The position numbers and the translations under genes are program-made. A stretch of DNA of 64,000 nt from contig CAWGEL010000026.1 of NCBI GenBank assembly GCA_963821595.1, forward strand, positions 24,134 to 88,133, given 5' to 3'. Shown here in pieces: positions 38,356 through 45,332 of this stretch (its first letter is position 1; each line of letters opens with the position of its first letter). The stretch comes from an uncultured Chloroflexia bacterium (GTDB lineage: Bacteria > Chloroflexota > Limnocylindria > Limnocylindrales > CSP1-4). The notes below the pieces were generated by a model. That model was not told the origin of the DNA. It saw only the letters and a list, made by a program, of their open reading frames with translations, and did not search any database.

Positions 38356-38977
38356 CAACTCTCCCGCCACTCCCGCGCGCCCCGGGTTGCGGAAGGGTCG
38401 CCCGCGCAGCGACAAGGCTCACCGCGCGATCCTCGACGCGGCCCGCGAGCAGCTGATCGCGACGGGCTTCTCCGGCCTGCGCCTCGAGCACGTCGCCGCG
38501 CGGGCCGGCGTGGGCAAGGCCACGATCTACCGCCGGTGGGCATCGAAGGAGGAGCTCGCCGTGGCCCTGCTGGCGGAGCTGGCCGGGCCCCACATCGCGG
38601 TGGCCGAGACCGGCGACACCCGCGAGGAGATGCTGGCCGCCGTGACCAACCCGATGCGCGCCGTGACCGAGACGGAATTCGGCCCGGTGATCAGGACCAT
38701 GCTGTCCGTGATCGCCGACAACCCGCACGTCGGCGACTCGTTCCGGGCGACGATCATCCAGGCGCGCCGCGCCGACATCGACCGCCTCATCGAGCGGGGC
38801 ATCGAGCGCGGCGACCTCCGACCCGACGCCGACGCCGGCGTCGCCACCGAGCTGCTGGTCGGTCCCGTCTACTTCCGCCTCATGTTTGGCGGCGTTCTCG
38901 ACGAGCCGTTCGCGGAGCGGGTGGTCGACAGCGTCCTGCGTGGGTACGCGGCTGCCGCCGAGTCGGCGGGGACGTAG
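38324..38977 (+). CDS. TetR/AcrR family transcriptional regulator
   Basis: HRAILDAAREQLIATGFSGLRLEHVAARAGVGKATIYRRWASKEELAVALL is a TetR HTH. Clean ORF from the ATG at 38324. Confidence 0.9.
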   Translation: MTVTNQDAPSRNSPATPARPGLRKGRPRSDKAHRAILDAAREQLIATGFSGLRLEHVAARAGVGKATIYRRWASKEELAVALLAELAGPHIAVAETGDTREEMLAAVTNPMRAVTETEFGPVIRTMLSVIADNPHVGDSFRATIIQARRADIDRLIERGIERGDLRPDADAGVATELLVGPVYFRLMFGGVLDEPFAERVVDSVLRGYAAAAESAGT

Positions 38978-39018
38978 CCACGGGGTGGGACGCTGGATCA
39001 TCGGTGCCTCGCTGATGT

Positions 39019-39078
39019 CTTGATGTCGAGATATTAATGTGACGATTTCTCGATGTCAAGAGTCTTGCCTTGAAGGCA
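39019..39078. promoter_or_regulatory. inverted repeats upstream of the MarR gene (candidate operator)
   Basis: CTTGATGTCGAGA (39019-39031) and TCTCGATGTCAAG (39048-39060) form an 11/13 inverted repeat separated by 16 nt. TGCCTT-G-AAGGCA palindrome at 39066-39078. GATACT at 39088-39093 lies 6 nt before the ATG at 39100. AT-richer patch. Confidence 0.5.
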
Positions 39079-39099
39079 CAATGGCGCGATACTCCGGGC

Positions 39100-39675
39100 A
39101 TGCCAGACGATGACGTCGACCGGATCGTCGCCGAGTGGCGCCGCGAGCGTCCCGACCTTGACGTGTCGGCGACGCACGTCCTCCAGCGGATCACCCGGCT
39201 GTCCCTCCTCCAGAACGCGAGCTTCGCCCGGGCCCTCGGCCGCTTCGGCATCAACTGGGGCGAATACCTCGTGCTGGCCGCACTCCGCCGGTCCGGGCCG
39301 CCGTACCGGATGAGCCCGACCGCCCTGTTCAGCGCGCTGATCCTCTCCTCCGGTGCAATGACCAACCGGCTCGACCGGCTCGAGCAGATGGGGCTCATCG
39401 AGCGACTCCCCGACCCCGCCGACCGGCGCGGCCGCCAGGTCGAGCTGACCGCGCGGGGCCTCGAGCTCGTCGACGAGGCCGTCGTCGCGCACGTGGCGAA
39501 CGAGGATCGGCTGCTCGGCGGCCTGTCGCCGTCGGAGCGCGCGAAGCTCGCCGAGCTCCTTCGCACGCTGCTGACCTCGGAACCGTTCCGCGCCCTGGGC
39601 CTCAAGGCCCTGGGCCGTGCTGCACCCCGGGCCGGGAAGCGCGTCGCCGGACAAACCGGGGAACCGCCGGCCTGA
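39100..39675 (+). CDS. MarR family transcriptional regulator
   Basis: DDVDRIVAEWRRERPDLD... WGEYLVLAALRRSGPPYRMSPTALFSALILSSGAMTNRLDRLEQMGLIERLPDPADRRGRQVELT is a MarR wHTH. Start at the ATG at 39100, not the track's TTG at 39070. Confidence 0.85.
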   Translation: MPDDDVDRIVAEWRRERPDLDVSATHVLQRITRLSLLQNASFARALGRFGINWGEYLVLAALRRSGPPYRMSPTALFSALILSSGAMTNRLDRLEQMGLIERLPDPADRRGRQVELTARGLELVDEAVVAHVANEDRLLGGLSPSERAKLAELLRTLLTSEPFRALGLKALGRAAPRAGKRVAGQTGEPPA

Positions 39676-39740
39676 CCTGCCGCCCGGCACGAGAGTCGTC
39701 GGACGAACCGCGGAAATCACCGGCCTGACCTGCCGCCCGG
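39667..39740. repeat. 21-nt direct repeat (x2, 53-nt period) spanning the MarR stop codon
   Basis: CCGGCCTGACCTGCCGCCCGG occurs at 39667-39687 (containing the TGA stop at 39673-39675) and at 39720-39740. Both copies are preceded by GAACCGC. Confidence 0.85.
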
Positions 39741-39811
39741 GGCGATGGGCGCCGCCTCGGAAGCTGCCGCCCGGACGCGCGTTTCCCGGTCCCGGTGCTG
39801 TCGCGCATCCG

Positions 39812-39833
39812 TTCTTGCAACGTGATGCAAGAA
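39812..39833. promoter_or_regulatory. perfect 8-bp-arm inverted repeat upstream of the Ni/Co transporter gene
   Basis: TTCTTGCA-acgtga-TGCAAGAA, 49 nt upstream of the ATG at 39882. AT-richer than its surroundings. Confidence 0.5.
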
Positions 39834-39881
39834 TCTCCCGTGGCGATTACCATGCGGGCCTGCCCTGCGTGGAGTCCCGAC

Positions 39882-40946
39882 ATGCTTTCGACAGCCCTGC
39901 GTCTCGTCCGGACCTCGAGCGACCTGCGCAACCGCGTCCTGTCCGTCTACGCCTTCCTGATCGCGTTCAATGTCGCCGCCTGGGCCCTCGCGCTCATCGT
40001 CTCGTCCGGCTACCCCATCCTGCTGCCGACGGCCGTCCTCGCCTACACGTTCGGCCTGCGCCACGCCGTCGACGCCGACCACATCGCCGCGATCGACAAC
40101 ACCACGCGAAAGCTCATGCAGGACGGCCAGCGCCCGGCCGCCGTCGGCCTGTTCTTCTCGCTGGGCCATTCGACCATCGTGGTCGCGCTCTCGCTGCTCG
40201 TCGCCATCTCGGCCGGCGTCGTCAGCGACATCCCGACGCTGCGAGAAGTCGGCGGACTGGTCGGCACCATCGTCTCGGCCACGTTCCTGCTCGTGATCGG
40301 GACCATCAACCTGGTGGTCCTGATCGACGTGTACCGGATGTTCCGGAGCGTCGCGGCCGGTGGCCACTACGACGAGGCGACGCTCGAGGACTTCCTGAAC
40401 AACCGCGGCCTCCTGGCGCGCCTCTTCCGGCCACTGCTTCGCGTCATCCGGAAAAGCTGGCACATGTACCCGCTCGGGATCCTCTTCGGGCTCGGCTTCG
40501 ACACCGCCAGCGAGGTGGCGCTGCTGGGGCTGGCGGCAACCTCCGGTGGCAGCCACGTGCCGATCGCTGCCATCCTGATCCTGCCGGCACTGTTCGCGGC
40601 CGGCATGTCGCTGGTCGACACGACCGACGGCGTGCTGATGCTCGGCGCCTACGGCTGGGCCTACGTGAAGCCGATCCGCAAGCTCTACTACAACCTGAAC
40701 ATCACGCTTGCCTCGGTGCTGGTCGCATTCGGCATCGGCGGCATCGAGATCATGAGCATCCTGGCCGACAAGTTCGGCCTCCGCGGTGGTCTCTGGGACT
40801 GGGCCGGCAACCTCGACTTCAGCTTCCTGGGCGTCGGCATCATCGCGATCTTCGTCGGCAGCTGGGTCGTGTCGACCGCGATCTACCGGTGGCGCGGCTA
40901 CGACAAGCTCACGGCCGACTCGCGGCGCCCGTCTCGCGCCGCCTGA
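39882..40946 (+). CDS. HoxN/HupN/NixA family nickel/cobalt transporter (NiCoT)
   Basis: Signature LRHAVDADHIAAIDNTTRKL plus FFSLGHSTIV and LGFDTASEVALL. GGAG lies 7 nt upstream of the ATG at 39882. Confidence 0.9.
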   Translation: MLSTALRLVRTSSDLRNRVLSVYAFLIAFNVAAWALALIVSSGYPILLPTAVLAYTFGLRHAVDADHIAAIDNTTRKLMQDGQRPAAVGLFFSLGHSTIVVALSLLVAISAGVVSDIPTLREVGGLVGTIVSATFLLVIGTINLVVLIDVYRMFRSVAAGGHYDEATLEDFLNNRGLLARLFRPLLRVIRKSWHMYPLGILFGLGFDTASEVALLGLAATSGGSHVPIAAILILPALFAAGMSLVDTTDGVLMLGAYGWAYVKPIRKLYYNLNITLASVLVAFGIGGIEIMSILADKFGLRGGLWDWAGNLDFSFLGVGIIAIFVGSWVVSTAIYRWRGYDKLTADSRRPSRAA

Positions 40947-41021
40947 ACGCCTGAGCTCGGAGCACCGGGCAGGGTCGCGCGAATCGCGCAGCCGCTACGA
41001 GACCTCGGTGCGTCTCCCGCG

Positions 41022-41363
41022 CTACGAGGCCGCAGTATGTCCCCCGGCCGCGAGGGCCGCGCCCCGCGCGTCACCGCTGGCGTCAAGCCGCACGTCGATC
41101 CCCATCCGGCCGATCATCTGGATCATCGGCGGGCCCATGTGACTCGCCACCACGACCTCGACGCGGTGCTCCCGCAGGAACCCCGCGACCCGGGCGTGGT
41201 GCCCACCCTCCGTCGTCGCGTCGTGCAGCGCGTCCCATCGCACGTCGTAGACCTGCCAGCCCGCGAGCACCCCGGCCTGTACGTCGGCCACCGCCACGCG
41301 GGAGGCTCGCCCCCAGCGCGGGTCGATCTGCCCGTCATCGGTGACCGGCACGCACACCCTCAT
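41022..41363 (-). CDS. NifB/NifX-family (dinitrogenase FeMo-cofactor-binding-like) domain protein
   Basis: MRVCVPVTDDGQIDPRWGRASRVAVADV...EVVVASHMGPPMIQMIGRMGIDV follows the NifX/NifB C-terminal domain pattern. GGAGGA lies 7 nt upstream of the ATG at 41363. Confidence 0.7.
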   Translation of the reverse strand: MRVCVPVTDDGQIDPRWGRASRVAVADVQAGVLAGWQVYDVRWDALHDATTEGGHHARVAGFLREHRVEVVVASHMGPPMIQMIGRMGIDVRLDASGDARGAALAAGGHTAAS

Positions 41364-41474
41364 CCGCTCGTCCTCCTCGCCGGCCGGACGACCTCCGGCC
41401 GGCGACAGCATGGCACGGCCCCTCCTGCAGCGCCCGGCTCGCCCACGGTTGCGGTTCGCGATCCCCGGCGACCG

Positions 41475-44156
41475 TCAGCCGGCCGGCTCGAAGCGTCGCT
41501 TCGCCAGCTCGACGAGCACCAGGTACGCGGCCACGACGACCACGAGCAACGGCCAGTACGCGAGCGGCAGCTGGGCAAACCCCAGCACATCGCCGAGCGG
41601 GCTCATCGGGACGATCACGGCGGCCGCGAGGGCGGCCATGATGGCGCCCAGGAGCGGGCGGCTGGGACGGCTCCGCCAGAACGGGCTCAGCCGCGTCCGG
41701 ATCACGAGCACGACGAGGACCTGGGTGAAGAGCGATTCGATGAACCAGCCCGTGTGGAATGCGCGCTCGTTCTGGCCGAGGACCAGCAGCAGCAGGCCGA
41801 ACGTGACGTAATCGAAGATCGACGAGATCGGCCCGAAGATGAGCATGAAGCGCTGGATGGCATGGACGTCCCAGCGAGCGGGCGCGGCACCGACGTCGGG
41901 ATCGATCGTGTCCGTCGGGATGGCCGTCTGCGAGGCATCGTAGATGAGGTTGTTGAGCAGGATCTGGCCCGGGGTCATCGGCAGGAATGGCAGCAGCAGC
42001 GCGGCCCCCGTCATGCTCAGCATGTTGCCGAAGTTCGAGCTCGTCCCCATCCGGATGTACTTGAGCGTGTTGGCGAACGTGCGCCGTCCCTCGATCACGC
42101 CGCGGTCGATCAATTCCAGGCTCGGCTCGAGCAGGATGATGTCCGCCGCGGAACGGGCCACGTCGGTGGCGTTGTCGACGGAGATGCCGACGTCCGCCGT
42201 GTGCAGGGCCGGCGCATCGTTGATCCCGTCGCCCAGGTAGCCGACGACCGCGCCGCCGTCGCGGAGCGCCCGGATCACCTGCAGCTTCTGGTCGGGGTCG
42301 ACGCGCGCGAAGATGGTCGTGTGCCGAGCGCGGGCGATCAGGGCCGGACCGCTGAGCGAGCGCATCTCCGCGCCGGTCAGGACGTCGGCCACGGGCAGGC
42401 CGACCTGGTCCGCGACGTGGCGGGCGACAAGCTCATTGTCGCCGGTCACGACCTTGAGGGCGATGCCGTGGGCGGCGAGCTCGGCGATCGTGGTCTCGAC
42501 GCCGGGCTTCGGCGGATCGCTGAAGAGGATGACGCCCTCGAAGACGAGGTCGCGTTCAAGGCGCTCGGCGTCGCCGAGCCCGGCCGGCGCGGCCGCCTGC
42601 GCGCCCCCCGACCCGGACGCCTGAAGCTCCTCCGGTCCGAGCGTGCGCGAGCCGACGGCGACCAGCCGGTAGCCGGCCGAGCACGCTTCGTCGACCAGCC
42701 GGCCAAGGCGCTCGTGCTCGGCCGCGTCGATGGGGCGCGCCGTGTGATCTTCGCGGACGGTGGCCGCGCGGGCGATGATCGATTCGGGTGCCCCCTTGGT
42801 CACGAGGAGCGGCGCCTCGCCGTCGCGTTGGACGACCACGCTCAGGAGACGGCGGTTGAAGTCGTAGGGCAGCTCCGCGAGCTTGCGGAACGTGCCCAGG
42901 TCCGCCGGCTCCGGGCAGCCGGCCAGGATGGCGGCGTCGAGGGGGTTCTCGAAGGCGGCCTGGAAGTGGCTGTTGAGGTAGGCGAGCTCGAGCGCCCCGG
43001 CGGCTTCGGTCGCATCGTCGCGATCGATGCCGACCGCCCGCACCAGCTGCAGCCGGCCCACGGTCAGTGTCCCCGTCTTGTCGGTGGCGAGGACCGTGAC
43101 GCTGCCGAGGTTCTGGATCGCGGGCAGCTGCTTGACCAGTACGCCGTGCCCTGCCAGCACGTGGGCACCCTGGGTCAGGTTGAGCGTGACGATGGCGGGC
43201 AGCAGCTCGGGCGTCAGGCCCACGGCGAGCGCGATGGCGAACAGGAGCGACTCGAGGACGGGGCGATGGAGACCGACGTTGATGGCGAGGACCGCCACGA
43301 CCAGGATGCCCGTCACGCGGAAGATGAGGACGCCGAACGAACGGACGCCCCGCTGGAAGTCGTTCTCGGGCGCGCGCTCGCCCAGGCGGTGGGCGATCTC
43401 GCCGTAGCTGGTCCTGGCCCCGGTCGCGGTGATCACCGCGCGCCCGCTGCCACTCACGACGCTCGTCCCGAAGAAGACGAGGCCGTCGCGGTCGTCGTCG
43501 CGCGCGGGATCGAGGTCCCCCGAGCGCGGCGACTTCGTGGCCGGGGCCGATTCCCCGGTCAGCGAGCTCTCGTCGACGTACAGGTGGTTCGACTCGACCA
43601 GGCGGCCGTCCGCGGGAACAATGTCGCCGGCAACCAGCGTCGCGAGATCGCCGCGGACCACGTCGTGGATCGCCACCGTGACCTCGGCGCCGTCGCGGAT
43701 GACGGTGGCGCGGAGCGTGAGGCGTGCCTGGAGGGCCGCCACCGCCGATTCGGACCGGGCCTCCTGCACGAAGCCCAGGGCCGCGCTCATGACGACGATG
43801 GCCAGGATGATCGAGGCGTTGACCGAGTCGCCCACGACCAGGCTGACGAGGCTCGCGACCGCGAGGATCAGGACCAGCGGGCTCGACACCTGGGCCACGA
43901 GGATGGCCAGCCGCGTCCGCCGGCCGCTGCCGCCGATCGCGTTGGGGCCGTCCCGGCGGAGTCGCTCAGCCGCCTCCGCAGCGGTCAGGCCGACGGGCGC
44001 GCCGTCACGCGCTTCGCGGCCGGGTGCCGCGTCGCGGTCGCTGCCGGCTGCAGCGTCACGCTCTTCGTCGGCGGCCGCCGGCGGGGACGCGGCCGCCTGC
44101 CCGCCTCCGGCAGCGGGCGGCGTTGCACCTGAGCGAGTGGCGTCGACGGGCGACAC
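41475..44156 (-). CDS. mgtA: magnesium-translocating P-type ATPase
   Basis: DKTGTLT phosphorylation site (VLATDKTGTLT), TGDN, GDGINDAPAL, and the MgtA-typical MGTSSNFGNMLSM segment. GTG start at 44156 without an obvious RBS, so the start is somewhat uncertain. Confidence 0.9.
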   Translation of the reverse strand: MSPVDATRSGATPPAAGGGQAAASPPAAADEERDAAAGSDRDAAPGREARDGAPVGLTAAEAAERLRRDGPNAIGGSGRRTRLAILVAQVSSPLVLILAVASLVSLVVGDSVNASIILAIVVMSAALGFVQEARSESAVAALQARLTLRATVIRDGAEVTVAIHDVVRGDLATLVAGDIVPADGRLVESNHLYVDESSLTGESAPATKSPRSGDLDPARDDDRDGLVFFGTSVVSGSGRAVITATGARTSYGEIAHRLGERAPENDFQRGVRSFGVLIFRVTGILVVAVLAINVGLHRPVLESLLFAIALAVGLTPELLPAIVTLNLTQGAHVLAGHGVLVKQLPAIQNLGSVTVLATDKTGTLTVGRLQLVRAVGIDRDDATEAAGALELAYLNSHFQAAFENPLDAAILAGCPEPADLGTFRKLAELPYDFNRRLLSVVVQRDGEAPLLVTKGAPESIIARAATVREDHTARPIDAAEHERLGRLVDEACSAGYRLVAVGSRTLGPEELQASGSGGAQAAAPAGLGDAERLERDLVFEGVILFSDPPKPGVETTIAELAAHGIALKVVTGDNELVARHVADQVGLPVADVLTGAEMRSLSGPALIARARHTTIFARVDPDQKLQVIRALRDGGAVVGYLGDGINDAPALHTADVGISVDNATDVARSAADIILLEPSLELIDRGVIEGRRTFANTLKYIRMGTSSNFGNMLSMTGAALLLPFLPMTPGQILLNNLIYDASQTAIPTDTIDPDVGAAPARWDVHAIQRFMLIFGPISSIFDYVTFGLLLLVLGQNERAFHTGWFIESLFTQVLVVLVIRTRLSPFWRSRPSRPLLGAIMAALAAAVIVPMSPLGDVLGFAQLPLAYWPLLVVVVAAYLVLVELAKRRFEPAG

Positions 44157-44384
44157 GACGACGGAAAGGGTACACGGGATCTCGTGCCCGCCGGGCCTGG
44201 CCCGTGGCCCCTGCCCCCACGCAATCGCCGGCGGCGTGCCCGCCGGGGCGGCGCCGTCGCCGCGGGCGAGTGGTCACGCGACGGCCGCCCTGCCTCCGGC
44301 CGGGTCGATTGGTGCCGGAACCGCGCGCCGGACACCGGATCGAGGATCAATTCCGCGCCGGACCGATCGTTCGATTTGGCGATG

Positions 44385-44400
44385 CCGATTGTTCAATCGG
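44385..44400. promoter_or_regulatory. perfect 7-2-7 palindrome in the mgtA / orphan-gene divergent region
   Basis: CCGATTG-TT-CAATCGG, lying in a visibly lower-GC patch. Confidence 0.35.
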
Positions 44401-44482
44401 CCAGCCCACGATGCAGCGGCGTCGACTCGGGTTGACGCGCGGGCGCGCGTCATCCATCATCAACGTTCGGCAGCCGTACACC

Positions 44483-44845
44483 ATGCGTCCACGCATCGGA
44501 GGACCATTCGACTTGGCAAGGTACAAGGTCATCAGAATCGGCAAGCCGCTGTCCATCGAGGACCTCAAGAAGAGCAACCCGCCGCGCGGCCGGAAGCCCA
44601 ATCCGCGAGACGAGGAACTTCGGTTGCTGGTCAACGAAGTCAGCGTTGGCCCGGAGTCGCAGGTCATTCCCTGGGAGCTTGGCGATCAGAAGGTGACGAC
44701 CGCACGGATGGCCGCCAATCGGATCATCAAGTCAATGGGTGCCCACGTCTACGTGGCAACACATCGAGATCACCCCGGGACGCTGCTGTTCTCGCGACAG
44801 CCGCTCAGCGCGCGCGCTCATCGGAAGGTCGACGCCGCGTCCTGA
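44483..44845 (+). CDS. hypothetical protein, compositionally atypical (lower GC)
   Basis: 120-aa ORF from the ATG at 44483 (MRPRIGGPFDLARYKVIRIGKPLSIEDLKKSNPP...IPWELGDQKVTTARMAANRIIKSMGAHVYVATHRDHPGTLLF). Lys-rich, with many A/T-ending codons, unlike neighbouring genes. No family recognised. Confidence 0.55.
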   Translation: MRPRIGGPFDLARYKVIRIGKPLSIEDLKKSNPPRGRKPNPRDEELRLLVNEVSVGPESQVIPWELGDQKVTTARMAANRIIKSMGAHVYVATHRDHPGTLLFSRQPLSARAHRKVDAAS

Positions 44846-44949
44846 GTCGCATCACCGACCGACCGGATTTGCGCAGGATCCAGGGGAGTATTGTTGCGCG
44901 CCCGGTTGCGTTTGCCGGGATGCACCGGCATTCCGGCGCGCAACGGCAT

Positions 44950-44989
44950 GGCTGACGCGGGGTCCGGCTGACGTACGATCCGGCTGACG
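44950..44989. repeat. three direct copies of (C)CGGCTGACG at 14-16-nt spacing
   Basis: GGCTGACG at 44950-44957, CCGGCTGACG at 44964-44973, CCGGCTGACG at 44980-44989. They lie in the ~490-nt non-coding stretch upstream of the dihydropyrimidine dehydrogenase gene. Confidence 0.6.
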
Positions 44990-45332
44990 CGCACTGGATG
45001 CAGCGGCGAGCCGACTGGACGGCATGCCCGCCTCGCCGGTCGGTCGTCGCGATTCCCACGGGCCCCGAACCACCCTCGCCGCGTGATCCGCAGGGCGGCC
45101 GGGTCGCCCGGCCACGGACGGGCCGCCCGGCCACGAGACGCGAACGTCACCGATCCGCGATCGCCAGGTCCCCCGCCGGGCCGGACCATGCGGGTCCCAC
45201 GAGCAGAGTCCGAACGGCCGTTTCGCCCGGCCAGGGCGCGCGTACGATGGCGCCCTGGAGCCGGCCCGGGTCGGGCCCGGCATCCGGACGGAAGGGCAGA
45301 CGCGCTGCGCGCGCCAGCGTACGAGGTGGACC

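Noticed and set aside
39812-39833. Naming the palindrome upstream of the NiCoT gene as a Nur box (TTGCAA-N5-TTGCAA as I recall it)
   Set aside because: The half-site spacing is off by one (TTGCAA-N4-ATGCAA). I cannot verify the consensus or the presence of a Nur gene, so it is reported only as an unassigned operator or hairpin candidate.
41037-44132. 1031-aa plus-strand ORF antisense to mgtA
   Set aside because: The translation is Arg/Asp/Gly/His-rich junk, while the minus strand carries all P-type ATPase motifs.
44157-44482. M-box (ykoK) magnesium riboswitch or mgtL-like Pro-rich leader peptide upstream of mgtA
   Set aside because: Reading the minus strand by eye, I found no M-box conserved core and no short Pro-rich ORF with a start codon. 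A covariance-model scan is still needed to be sure.
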